DNA of 62,374 nt, the filler included, from Choristocarpus tenellus KU-1152 (Eukaryota > Protista > Phaeophyceae), in assembly GCA_964200185.2 (NCBI GenBank). It is 9 parts of 9 records of this genome, joined end to end, with 100 filler letters (N's around TTAATTAATTAA, not from the genome) between each part and the next. Parts side by side here need not be neighbours in the genome. Positions count along the whole stretch, not along the records: positions 19,196 to 39,514 come from CAXNAD020000403.1; positions 39,615 to 42,740 come from CAXNAD020022140.1; positions 42,841 to 51,795 come from CAXNAD020004166.1; 6 more parts are not named here. One strand, 5' to 3'. Positions within the stretch are counted from its first letter, which is position 1. Each line of letters starts with the position of its first letter. Both the position numbers and the translations under genes were made by a program. Of this stretch, positions 37,401 to 50,233 are shown piece after piece. The notes beneath the pieces were generated by a model that was not told the DNA's origin, searched no databases, and worked only from the letters and a program-made list of their open reading frames with translations.

Positions 37401-38525
37401 GGGATCCTTGTAGCTCACCGGAGTAAGACTGAAGGCGGATGTACTGTTCGTGTACTGGCTCTAGCCGATGGACCGGCCACAGCTCTGGCCCTCAATGCCC
37501 TTGCAGCAAAAAATGGGGTAGGATGTGACCAATATTGGGCAACCACTGCCAGCATAGTGGAAATATCTGCCGCAGCCATCACAACACCAAGCTATGAGGA
37601 TTGTAGTTATTGCCTTCAGGAATCTGCTAGCATGTGCAGTGATTGTGGAGGATGCTGCCACCGCCCTGAGGGCTTGGGCTGGTATGGAGGAAGAGATGGA
37701 CGTGTAGCGGGAAGTTGGACTGGCTGGTCTGTAGTGATGGCACCTTCACTTGTTGATGGATCAGGACTACTGCGTCAAGGAATCCTGGGGGATCTTGAGT
37801 TCTGCCGAAGATTCCTAGTGACAGGTGGAGTGAAACAAGCGGAGGATGCAGGGAGGGCCATGACATGCACTGCAGAGAGTCAACATAGTTGTTTCGTGCC
37901 CATTAGTCTGGAGGTGGTTTGTCAGGGCATCCAACAAAAATCCCTCTTGTCAGAGAACCAGGTGTTTGCAGGGTGGGGATGTTGTGGTGTTGATATTAGC
38001 CCTGTAAATAATTTTGGTGTCAACACCTTCCGTGAACTTGATCTAACCCGTAAAATTGAGAACCCAAGGTACTGCCAGGGTGGCAAGATTGGTGAGAATA
38101 CTCCGTTGTGTCCAATAGATGGGCAAGGGGAGAGGGTGGTTGCAGGAGAAGACGAAGAGGTGGCACTCACAGAACCCACAACGTGTTACGTATTGAACAT
38201 TGCAGAGGTATGTGCAGGAGCCGATGGCTGCCTCCCATTGCGAGAGGAATCTGTACCAGTTTGTCGTGATGGAACATTGCACGGGGTTGCATTTTGGTTC
38301 AAAATGAAGCTTGGGGAAGCTGATACTGGAGTGTCAGGTGGGAAATGTCTCCTGCTAAATACAGGATCTGGTGGAGAGGGAAATAACAAATCTCACTTCA
38401 GGCAGGCAGCAGTTCTGTTAGAAAAGCCTGTGTATGTACAACGAGGGCAAAGGGTGGAAGTGACCCTATTTTGCACACTGAACCAAGGGGTCACAGTGAA
38501 GATACGAGGTGTGAGCAATGGATAA
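32195..38525 (+). CDS. PRMT9: Protein arginine N-methyltransferase 9-like (TPR region plus duplicated methyltransferase modules), ~952 aa
   Basis: Nine phase-compatible exons: 32195-32311, 32522-32647, 32892-32993, 33361-33531, 34044-34180, 34641-34842, 35491-35622, 36354-36632 (GC donor), 36933-38525. Features: TPR-like N-terminus, VDRWHFRMLNDGKRN, motif I VLDIGTGTGIL, VYACE, double-E loop VVTELVDSGLLGE and AIAVWFDL. A second degenerate module has GVAFWF and SHFRQA. Confidence 0.9.
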
Positions 38526-40492
38526 TGATAATGGGGGACTTTTATGTGCTGCGTACGAGCAGTTAGCCTTACTACTACCTAACTAATGGATTGACCTCGT
38601 CAGGTGAAACCACTGCAGGGAGTATTGCAGGGGTATGGACGAGTTTTGTGGTGTGGTACTCGAAATTGCACTTCCTACCAGGGCTTTGCATCTGTTGTTA
38701 TCAATGTGCTCCGTTTGCCCTTCAATACATCCACATACCACATCTTTTCGCCAATAGATGATACTTCAATGTACTATATATACCACACTTGGGACAAAGA
38801 AATGGTTATGTAACACCCAACTCTTTTGCATTGAAGATGACAAACATTTTCTGGACAATGGACGTTATGGAGGAAATCGCATAGAGCATTTGCATGACAA
38901 GGAACGTGTAAAACCGAAAGGCCCTAGGCATTGTGCTGGACAACGAACGTTACAGAGGAAATGGCCCAAAATGACGTACAAGACAACAGACTTTACAGAG
39001 CAATGGTGCTGAAAAGTGGCTCATTGAGCAACGCTGCCTGCAAGAATTCAACCCCATGAAGATAGGTTTGGGAGAAGATTTGAAGAAGTTTACCCTGTGG
39101 GTCGGCCTTGAGGTTAACTCTGCCTGCAACTGCTGTCCTGCTGCTGATGTAGTTTGCTGGACCACAGTGGCAATCACTTGGATGAGTTGCTCCATGAAGA
39201 AGCTCTCCGCCACCCTCTCTTCTTGTGGACCAACCAAACAAAGTAAATTGAGTGAAAAAAACCCAAATCTGAAAGTCCTATTGGGGGAGCGAGACTTGAG
39301 TATTGCACAACTACTGCTGTCTTTGCACCATGGGAGGAACCTAGTGAGGAGAGTTCAGCTTGGCTAGCAAATCGTTTGAAATGCCATGCCCCGTAGTCAA
39401 AAGGTTGTTTTGTGGGACAGAGAGGCCTTGATGAAGTATAAATCAGTACTGAACAGGGGATCCTCAAAATTGGGGATGGCCCCGGACTATGAGGATGGTT
39501 GTTTTGTGAAAACGNNNNNNNNNNNNNNNNNNNNNNNNNNNNNNNNNNNNNNNNNNNNTTAATTAATTAANNNNNNNNNNNNNNNNNNNNNNNNNNNNNN
39601 NNNNNNNNNNNNNNAATCTCGCCGGGTTTATCACCTCTACCCTCTTTGATGATTTTGGGAATACTTCGACATGAAGTGCCCTGTGTAGAGACTTGAAGTC
39701 TTGTTTGTGAAGGGGTGACGTAGTGTACTGAAGCACTGATGAATTTAACGTGATGAATCTTGTGACATGCTCAGTGTAGAGTCTGGTTGAATACTGCAAG
39801 GTGATGTGCTGTGCCGCAGTGTGTTTGAAGAAAGGGATGCTTGCTCCGAGTGTATGGGCTTGTTACCCTACGAAGAGCTCTGGATGCATCACCTCTCTGA
39901 ATATATATATCATATAGTTGTGTATTGGGTAGACCTGACGCAGAGCAAATTGAATTTGAAGTGTGAGTGGGGGCGTTACCAATCAATGAAAGACGAAACT
40001 ATACCACTACTGATATTTCTTCTATGAGACCTGGACCTAGGTCTAATTTTGAGTCAACTCATGTATGTTTCAAACTGAGTTTGTATGTTGAAGAATATCC
40101 ACTAATTCCACGATCAATCATACTAAAGTTTCGCATACTGCAACGGTAATTCATGATCACGTACCGTGTAGAGCGGTACATGTGGGATCTCCCTGCCTAC
40201 ACACTAGGCGACCAGTACTATTGAATGAATCAACAGTATCTATGGGTTAAGGAGAGAGATTATCTATGTTTTAAACCCCGTGTGTGGCATCCGGTTTAGA
40301 GCAGGGGCAATTACCCCCAAACAAAAACAATGTCTCTCTCTGCGTAAGCATAGCAACATTCTGGAGATTCTGGAGAATAGTAATAGGTTGTGCAGCTTAC
40401 TGTTGGGTCATGTAGTGCACAACAAAGGGCGCTACCCAGTCAGTCACCTACAGCATCCTTGAGGATCTTCAGTGGTTGGGGAAGGAGACTAC

Positions 40493-40721
40493 GAGTGAAA
40501 GTATCTTAGAGGGAACGAGGTTTGCTCTGTTTGTCCATTTGGGGCTTAACTCCATAATGTTTCGGAGTAGGTAAAATGTACATGTTATAATAATGTATGT
40601 CCGGAACACGGATATTGACACCTCCTAACAAACACGATAGCCTAAATTACATCAGAATCACAACATTGGTTTTTGGCCACCAAATGGACGCGGCCCTACC
40701 CTCTAAGATACTTTGGCTTCT
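40493..40721 (+). mobile_element. MITE family B (Sola-like), complete copy
   Basis: TIRs GAGTGAAAGTATCTTAGAGGG / CCCTCTAAGATACTTTGGCT. Aligns along its length with 54498-54754. CTAC at 40489-40492 and 40722-40725 may be the TSD. Confidence 0.8.
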
Positions 40722-42203
40722 CTACTTCCTCCAACAATTTTGCTGGTTTGAACCTCTCGTCAATACCAGACAAATTTCCATTGGGAATCTGGTTTCGGTT
40801 TTCCCAAGGCAATGTGGCAAGCACAATTTACTATGAACACATATTGCACATCTGTCTGTACTATCCTGCTATCTATATATCGCTATACCACCCCACCAAA
40901 ATGCTGGACCAAGAATGTGACAAAGCTCCTTTGCCAAGCAGTGCTCAGGCGGGTCCAGCACAAGATTTGAGGCTGGAGTTGGAGCGACGAGCAGTACGGT
41001 AATGTGCCATACCAAATGAGAGGTAGGAAGGTTTGGGGCCTTTTGCATTCCAAGCCACCTTTCTCTTCTTACCCTGTGCAATACACTCTATTTCATTGCT
41101 TTATGTGCACAATGCGTACGCAAAATCGATAGTTCCCCTTTCCATATACAAAATGGCACAACAACTCAACAAAAGTTTCTTTCTCCAGTTAACAGCCTCT
41201 CGGCAAAATTGAGGATGGAGCATTTCATGGAGGATGAGTTTGACCCAAAATGGTGCGCGGAAAGTGCCCATAAGTTTTTTTTGTAAATGTTGCGGCACTT
41301 TTTAAGGGTCCCGTTTTGAATGGGAATCCGTGCTGAAGGTGGCAGTAGGACAGTGTGTGGGGGGCGGCAGTGATTTCGTTTGATCTTCGTGCACATGTAT
41401 GCCCTGCGTTGGATTGCTTGCTTGAATAATTAGTGGGGTCGGTTGAGTCGTTTGACTGTCGATGGTGGAGGTGGTAGAAAAAATAGTACTTCGATGTAGT
41501 TTCTTTCGGGGCGGCATTTCATCGTCATTATGGATGGTTCACTGACAAGAAGAGAAGAAGTATTATTTTCCCATATTATTAAATTGTTTATCAATTATTG
41601 CTATCGTTGCCAAGTAGAAGAAGAAGCTAACAAAGCTGAGCGCATGTAAGTGTTGACATTATATGATGATCGACCTCTTTGTACGAACATGTCAGTCATG
41701 CCCGAATTATCGTTTGTTGCAATCCGCCCCCCCTTCCACACCCTGTCAGATACGCCGATCTGCATTTATCTATTTTCTCGGGAAACTTGTTTGACTTGTC
41801 ACATATCGCAAGAGAACAACAGGGAGAAGAGGGAGAATAAGGCGACAACAGGCCAGAGAAAAAATATGGTTAAAAGAAAAATCTTCTTTCACATAAAATA
41901 AAAAAAACACGAGCTTTATCAATTTGCTGCTCATTCGTTGTATCCCTCCTCCCCCTGCCACCGCGAGAAACTGTGCACGTCACCTGAAGAAAAATGGGCG
42001 CCGACTCTGGTAAGCATGTTACCAGGAGTTCAACAGATACACGAACAACTTGCTTGAACTAACTACTGGACGAACGAGGCATCATCAACAAAAAACACTC
42101 CCGTATGCTCTGTTTGCCGTTGGTCAATCATTACTTTGCCAATGTGTGCGCCCGCCCGCCTCTCCAGCCCCCCCCCTTCCCGCCCCCCGTCCCGATTCTC
42201 TTC

Positions 42204-42740
42204 TTACTCCTGTTCGTCATCCCCTTCATCCTCCTCTCTACCATACACTTCATCATCCTCTTCTTCCTCTTCATCCTCCTCCGCGTCGCTGACGTACTCC
42301 GGCTTGTCTTCCATGGCAGAATCACCGGCGCCTCCCCATACCTCGCGACCTTTCCCCTTTCCACCCGTGCGGGAAGAGGGACACTTGCGCTTTCTAGTGG
42401 TCATTGGCGTCAAGTCCGAGTCCGAATCCATCACTTCGAACCCACGAGAACGCACTACCGTATGACCCAGGAGCACGTTGAATGTTGATCTCGTGTCATT
42501 CTTTGCCCGGGGTTTGTACACCCTCCCGACTACGGGCGTGACGAACATCTGCCAGGGGCCAACCTGGGGGAAGGGGAGGAGGACCTGGTGACGGCTTCCG
42601 CTCTGCGGAACTTTTGATGTGAATTCAATGTTGGCGCCGTCTGCCTTCTCGGTCCAACGCATGTAGTAGAGAGGGCAAGTGGCTGCCACGCGCAAGGAGA
42701 GCTCTGCGCGCGGCCCACACACCTCCATTCCAGACGAAAG
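42204..42740 (-). CDS. C-terminal part of an unknown protein with basic NLS-like patch and acidic tail (open at contig edge)
   Basis: Uninterrupted GC-rich frame from the contig end to TAA. Contains TRKRKCP and ends in an E/D-rich tail. No family recognised. Confidence 0.5.
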   Translation of the reverse strand, partial: LSSGMEVCGPRAELSLRVAATCPLYYMRWTEKADGANIEFTSKVPQSGSRHQVLLPFPQVGPWQMFVTPVVGRVYKPRAKNDTRSTFNVLLGHTVVRSRGFEVMDSDSDLTPMTTRKRKCPSSRTGGKGKGREVWGGAGDSAMEDKPEYVSDAEEDEEEEEDDEVYGREEDEGDDEQE

Positions 42741-42885
42741 NNNNNNNNNNNNNNNNNNNNNNNNNNNNNNNNNNNNNNNNNNNNTTAATTAATTAANNNN
42801 NNNNNNNNNNNNNNNNNNNNNNNNNNNNNNNNNNNNNNNNTACCTTGTTTTTTTTTTACGTTATTTTGAGGTCCACGAAGACCCA

Positions 42886-43060
42886 GAGGGGGGGGGGGGG
42901 GGGGGGGGGGGTCTACACCAGGGTGTTCATTTGCGCCATAACCAGGAAAAGCGCACTTGCGTTATACATCCGACGCATGCAACTAAATCACACAAAAATC
43001 GTGACATGAAAAAATTGGTCCTAAATGGACAGCCGCCACCCCCCCCATATACTTTAGCTC
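42886..43060 (-). mobile_element. MITE family A copy (reverse orientation)
   Basis: The reverse complement GAGCTAAAGTATATGGGGGG...CATGTCACGATTTTTGTGTGATTTAGTTGCATGCGT...CACCCTGGTGTAGAC(C)n aligns with 4797-4978. Confidence 0.8.
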
Positions 43061-43062
43061 TA

Positions 43063-43240
43063 TTGTTAGGAAGTATCAATATAATAAGTGTCAATATCCT
43101 TGTTCCGGACACACCTTTTCATAACGTATACATTTTACCTACTCCGAAATGTAGGTATAATGTGATAAAAAACACATGGGAAGCCAAGACCTAAACGGAC
43201 AAACAGGGCAAACCTCGTACCCTCTAAGATACTTTCACTC
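43063..43240 (-). mobile_element. MITE family B, truncated copy abutting the family A copy
   Basis: Ends in GGACAAACAGGGCAAACCTCGTACCCTCTAAGATACTTTCACTC, the reverse complement of the family B left end. Homology stops at CCTAACAA next to the family A terminus. Confidence 0.8.
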
Positions 43241-44330
43241 ACCAGGAGGCAAATAATCACATGTCGCACGCACAAAAGGCACACCATGTACTCACAGGGT
43301 AACTCCCCCACAAAGTATTCTCCTTCCATTGGAAAATTATTCTCCCTGAGCAGGGGTTTCAAACAGACCAACATGACACGAAACACAGGAAAGGTCCTAT
43401 CTTCCATGTCACACTGTTGAAGCATATAAACTATTAAAACACCCTAAATCTGCACATCAAACCCTTAAAACGTGCTGTTCGTGTGTCAGTTCAGTCATAA
43501 TATTATTACTACTGGAATTTAATTTGAACATAGCATACTCTCTGTCGAGTGTGAGAACTAGAACTTCGATTCTACACAAAAAAAAACAATTACAAACAAG
43601 AACAAACTTGCATACCTATATCAATACACTCACCATAGAGAGAAACCCGGTGCTGCATTTAACCTTTCTTCCTGCATTGCCCATACAATCCACCCGAAGT
43701 ACACAGCAGGGTGGGCCTTGGGGTTTTGCGCATTTTTGATGAGAACTCTTTGTTTGGGAGATCTTGAAATTACGTCCTCTATTTTTCCTGGACTACTGCG
43801 GAGTGTGGTGTTTTCATTCCTATCCTTCATCCGTCAAGGGGGCATGCTGCTAAGTCAAATACCTGCTCTTTTCAAAAACTATTTCCCGATACTTGAATAT
43901 ATATTATTTCATTAATTCGTTTGGTGTGTTGACAGGATGAAAATGAAGTTAGGAAGAAGAAAGGAGGAGCCCAAGCGGGGGTGACGGTCCTTGTTATCAA
44001 ATCAATTATATTCTGCTAATCACCAATCGCAAATCTCAAGAAACTTGGTACAATGCTTGCTATTCCTGAACTCTCCACATTTTAGTTCATTAATCCATAT
44101 ATGTCTCCTTTTCTTCAGGATACAACCTTCTTCTCTTCTGTCGACTGATTGCTTCTTACATGATCTACTTTTACACAAGAATAAAAAGGATATTCTTGAC
44201 AACGCCCCATCACTCCAAACTCTACCTTCACCCTGCTTCGGGGTTTCTGTCTCCACTAAATGGAAGGTAGACACAAGTGACCTTTCTCTCTTCACTGAAT
44301 GCTGTGCCATAAGATTGCAAGCAGTATGTG

Positions 44331-44379
44331 CATACATACATACATACATACATACATACATACATACATACATACATAC
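44331..44379. repeat. (CATA)n microsatellite, ~12 units
   Basis: Direct reading. Confidence 0.95.
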
Positions 44380-47300
44380 GAGGGTAGTTCATGAAAGGGT
44401 CAAACAGCACACATACGGATTCATTGTCCAGGAGGTCTCTGTCTTCGATTTCCCAAGGTGTGTACATTTATTGTCAATAAGGGATGATGAGAATGGGGTT
44501 TGGAAGAATTCTCCATCCAAGGCACATATCTATGGAGGTTGGAGGGAGTACACACTTTTCTTTCTTGTGTAGAGATATGACAACAAAATGCTGGGTTAGG
44601 AATAGCAGGCTTGATGCGTATGTGTATTGTGTTAGCAACCTTGTGTAGTCTGCTGTGATTCACACGACACGAGGGAGGAAGCACCCAAGCCGAGGGAGGA
44701 AGCGCCCAAGTCTCCTCAATTGCAGGTCACCGTACCTTGAGCGTTAGTTATGTATCCTTATAGGGACCCCATCTTATACCACTTCTATGTACGTGGTGCT
44801 GCAATGTATGTGCTTAAGTAATGGCGTGGTGGTTATCTTGTGTTGATGTAAGTTATTGATACTATTTGGAAGTCCGGCAGAGCCAGCAGCAACAAAATTT
44901 AACCTACCTTTGTGATGCTTTGGTTTTCAAGTGAGGAGAGTTGATGGGGTCCTTAACTACTGGCAGGCTGTGTTTGGAAACAGTATGGTGATGCCATCCT
45001 TTTACAGGAGGAGGGGTTACTCCACAGATGGAGGCATCAGAGACACGGTGCTCACCACTGTCAGCAATGTGTTGTAGCTTTCTGAACATGTAATATTGCT
45101 CAAATTTGGCAAATTAGGACCCTCAAGCATGGATGTGATCCTGGTAAGGCAGAGGGTAACAGTTGCAGGAAGCTTGAGGGTGGAAGACTTGAGAAGCATT
45201 GTGCAGTTGGGTACTTCAGATACTATGGTTTATGCTGAAATGCAATTGCCTCAGGTGTTGAGCAAGGAAATGTTGCAAGAAGAAACATGGAAGCACGAAG
45301 AGAGGAGGTGGGAAGTATACAACATGATAAGCGGTGAAGTAAACTCATACGATGATGAGGATGATATTTCTGTTGGAAGTGGGAGGTGGCAGTGTCGACC
45401 ACAACACAGATCACAAAAATTATTATTTTTCTGCACTAGGTTTCAGAAAGTGATTATGACAGTGTAGGGTTTGTTGATGAGGGACAGAAAGGCCTTCTTG
45501 TGGACATCTACTAGGAAGCACTTGCTAGGCACAAAATAATACCTACCCTCCACCTTTCTCTAATCTTAACATTTACAGGTAAACCCACACCATCCTTTTC
45601 CTGTACAATGATAACAGATGGGAGGTGCAGTACTCATACGTCGGCAAGAGTTCCTATTTTTTTTCAGGCACTATAAGCATGTCAAAGAGGTGGTGCAACT
45701 GTGTGAAACAGGGTGCCCAATTGGGACACATTTGGTATGGACTGTAATTACAGAGGTTAAACTAAATGCACTACAAGAGAGGTATCTCAAGGTTGGAGCT
45801 GGGAATGTGCCTAGGATGGTATCCACTACTTCATTTATTGTATAGTGTTGACAACATATTGCTCAGTCTTGTCCATACCACATATAACAAGAATATATTA
45901 CGGACTTAACAAAATTGTTTCCAAGACTAGTACTAGACAAAGGTAGCATTGAGAGTTTTGTTTTTATCTTGTGTTCTTCTACAACTGCTTTCTTGATTTC
46001 ATGAATGCAAAGGATTATTGTCGAATATTTGTAAAAAGTGGAAACAAGGTCAGATTCAAGGACTTCCTGATATGTCAGGGTGGAAGGCTGTTGTATTTTG
46101 TATGCAGTAAGTGTGCAGACAGTATCACGATACATGTGCAATTCTCTAACATGTGATGTAATAATATTATGCACAAACACCAGACATTGGACTCAGCTTG
46201 TGTTTCAAGCAAAGCATTTGCGGGTCCTTAGACTGCGGTAGTGGACACTCAAGGACATGAACCCCCCTTCCCCCCCAAAAATAAATCATTGAGCTATACC
46301 GAACTTGGAGACTATGAAGTATTTCCCCAGTCTTTGTACGACCTCCACACTAAATTCAAACCATCTAAAGCGAGGGGAAATTAATCCAGCAATTGAAGTG
46401 CTATCTGCAAGTAGCCCCGTACAGTCTTCACATCACTGTAGTTGTCACATATGCCATTGCTTAGAGGCATTTCCCTGCCTCATCCAATATACATATCTTG
46501 GGCGATATAAGTGGTCCTCCAAAAAGTGTTGAATACTTCATAAGCAACACTCCACTCCATGCGCAGTTACCCTTCAATGCTCAGCACCACTGAAACAAAC
46601 TACTCCTGTGTGTGTCATCTGACTTCCTCCTGAGGCAACAACCCAGCATCCGTTCAGAGGTTGCCATCCCGAAGGCTGTGTCTTCAAAATAACAGATACG
46701 TGTAAACGTTGTAGTGTCGCATTGTGCGATTGCCAATATAGGGACACCTGCACTCAAACCTCTTCCTTGGACGAGGCACTTCAAAAAACAATAGAAAGTA
46801 TTGCATACGATGTGGTTAGTGGAGTTTGTAGGGTTGAGCTTTACAAATATGAATTTGGGCAGGTGGGGCGACCAACCCCGTACATTCACAATTTTCGCTA
46901 CCAAGGACATTATTCGGGGTACCCCAGCACATATAGTGATTTCTTGCACCAGCTCTCTGCAGACTACTAATGATCGAGTTAGGACTGCGTCAGAAGATAA
47001 ATCAGTCTATAACTCTTGAATTGAGGATGTAGTAGCCCCAATAATTGAAAGGACTTTTTAACGTTTTGGGCTATGAGGGGCAAGTCCATAGTGCAACCCC
47101 ACTCAAAAAAAGCCTCTACATGAAAGAGTATGAAAAATATAGACGAGACTCAACCAAATGGAACGGATAGCGCTTCAATAATGTAGATCGGAACAGAACC
47201 TACTTTGTGAACACTAACCTCGACGTGTTTGCACATGCAAGGAGAGAACCACGAGTGATCCATGACCACCTCCCGATGCTCACCTGGGTTTGGAGCTACT

Positions 47301-48285
47301 TATAATTTCTCGCCAACGTACGTTCAGCTATTCTTTCACCTGTTCTTCCACAATTGAAGAGGTTCTCACTGCCGACCACTGGAGGTCAAGTCTACACTCA
47401 TCAATGTGGGGGCTATTGCAATACACCAACAGTTTCAGTTCGGCTCGCTACAAAGAATATAGGCTTTCCCAATCTGAAAAGGTAATTCTTTCAATTTTTC
47501 GACCGAAAACCAATATACCACCCCTTTCATATCTGCTGAAGGAACGCAACAACAAATCACACCAAATGCGTTTGGCATCATTTTCATCCACATGAGAAGG
47601 TGCACAAAAAACTAGACCCACAAATTCCTCAAGTGGTTCATTAATAGGAGGATGATTACGTAGATATGTCGTCTGATCCATGCACAGAAATGACTCTCTT
47701 TACTTTCTGACCATGTTGCCCACTGTGTGTGCGTCACACAAAACCTATCGTCTATACTACCACTGATAGCTATTCTTGCAGACAAGCAACCTACAAAATG
47801 TTAAACAAGATATACGCCACCACGAAGATAGTCATGACCTCCACTTTGCCCCTTTGCCATTGACATGCCATGTACCATGTTTCAGGTTAGGTTTTCCAAT
47901 CCATAATAAAATACCTTTTGAGGAAATACGTCCTCTCACTCATCATATCCTGAGAACTAAAAAATATATTGGAGTTAATTATGCGCGTATGCCTATATGA
48001 ACTTGAATAACGCGACAAATATGGGTATACCTGATGTGTGGGTATCCAGATTACTATAATTATTACCCACACCATACTCACCCTCCAAACTAAAAAGCAT
48101 TGTTGGTTGTGCTGTTCCTTTTGCTGACAACAAATACTAGCGCTACGAGACAGATTTCCTGTCAGCTTAAGTTCATTCTGTGGTCCATTCTCCTGGCAAA
48201 ACGGTCCCCTCCATCTCAAGGTGAGATCTGACGTAGGGTTGGGTAAAGGGTAAGTATATTTTTGCATTGCAGTCTAGTCACCGCC

Positions 48286-50233
48286 ATGCTTTTGTTTGTG
48301 GAAAGCTTTGCGGTATGTGTCGACTTCCCGAACATGCATCCAAATCTTCTCTTGAGTTAGGCGACGATCAGTTGTGTGAGAACAGTTCATCTCTGTTGTA
48401 TTGAAAAAAATTGAACGTTTTCTGTCAGCCAGATTATAACCTTGCACCGCGATTTACATATTGTACGATCAGCTGGGGTACAAGACCATGCCCAAGCTAC
48501 GGTCATACCCATCAATGCATCCCCACCAATGCGCTTGACATCCCTGCGGTCTCTAATTATTCCCAACCATTGTGTTGAATGTTGAATCTAACAATGAAGA
48601 TCTAACTCAAGCAACAATTTTGTCTCATACCTCATGTCTTTGCCAACTCTCATGCTTGCCCTCCACCTCCCACTAATCATTTTCAGGTATTTCCCACCCT
48701 TTGGCGTATGAAATGGCTGCATGAGGCCGTGCATAATGCGACGGTCCAACAAGACCCCCTGGTTTTTGTAGCTGTCTCTGGCTTCGCCGAAGCTGCCACT
48801 TTGCAGTTGGTGTCGCTCACCATATGCTGTACATGTAGAGAAAGTGCCGAGTGGAAGATGACCATTAACCAGAAAACACCTGACACCTTATGGGAAATAC
48901 TAACTTTGAACAATAGCAGTAGCAGTAGCTCGAGAGTACCGAATCCTAGGCGGGTGCGAGATTTGCTCTTCTTCAAGGACGTTCCATTGAACAACGTGTT
49001 CTGGCCGGTGGGTCTGAAATCCATTGTGTTTGGCAGTAGTTTTAACCAGCCAATCTTGGATGTAGTCTGGCCGGAGCAGCTCCATTATCTGATCTTTGGG
49101 TACAGCTTCAATCAACCGGTGAAGGATATGAACTGGCCAGCAGGATTGCAGGTGCTCCGCTTCTGGGGAAACTTTGACCAACCATTGGAGGGTATGAAAT
49201 GGCCTCAAGGGCTATGTGAAATTAGACTCGGGGAGGCTTTCAACCAGTCTGTTGAGGAGGTGACTTGGCCAAAGGACCTGAGGAAAATCGATTTTGTGGG
49301 AGAGTTTAACTTTCCAATAGAAAGTGTTGGCTGGCCACCAGGCTTGCTGTCCCTGACGCTTGGTGGGTATTTCAACCAGCCCATCTTGGGGACGACCTGG
49401 CCGGCAGGACTCTTGGAGCTGCATCTAGAACCCAGTTTCAATCAGCCAATTGAGGAGGTTACCTGGCCAACAGGACTGCAGACTCTCGTTTTTGGTATGA
49501 ACTTTGACCAACCCATTGAGAGTGTGATGTGGCCACCTTGCCTGAAGACACTTGAGTTTGGCATGGGCTTCAACCAGTCCGTTGATGGTGTGGTGTGGCC
49601 AGCTTGTCTGAAGACACTTGAGTTTGGTATGGAGTTCAACCACCCCATTGAAGGTTGCTCCTGGCCGGCTGGGCTGAAGGTCAGAACTGTAATTAAAATT
49701 TTGAATGGGATTGAAAAAGGAAGAACTGTACCAACAGAGTCTACATCTACATGCCTGTATTTTATAGGTTATACTACCACATTCAGTGCATAGTGAGGAA
49801 GCTAAGAAAGTGAGTTAGGGTACTTACACTCGAACAGCATACAGTAGCCCCACATAGGAGCTACTCTTGACCCTTAACCCCACATCAATCTATCCTTAAA
49901 GTGAACCTATCCCCCTTCACCTTACCACTTTGAGGTGGCAAGTTGAGAACGAATCCTCTCTACTACCATTGTTTTTCTGTTCAATTTCCTCATGGGCAGA
50001 CCCTTGTGTTTGGGGAGGAATTCAACCAGTCCATAGCTGGTGTGGTATGGCCTACGGGGCTGAAGGTGCTTGAGTTCGGTGGTAACTTTGACCAGCCCAT
50101 TCATGACGTTTCTTGGCCAGCAGGGCTAGAGATACTGGAACTTGGGGATTTCTTCAATCACGACACGGGAGGTATTGTTTGGCCACAAAATCTCTTGAAT
50201 CCACCGCAAAGCAGAGGAGGCATTGATTACTGA
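48286..50233 (+). CDS. FNIP-repeat (22-aa LRR-like) protein, ~417 aa
   Basis: Exons 48286-48312 (tentative first exon, CCGCCATG context), 48687-49679 and 50000-50233, all phase 0. There are 13 F[ND]-initiated units plus one partial unit of consensus FNQPIxxVxWPxGLxxLxFGxx. The splice at GLK|TLVFG keeps the 22-aa register. Confidence 0.85.

Noticed and set aside
43991-44572. 193-aa ORF
   Set aside because: Spans a (CATA)n microsatellite and has no coding signature.
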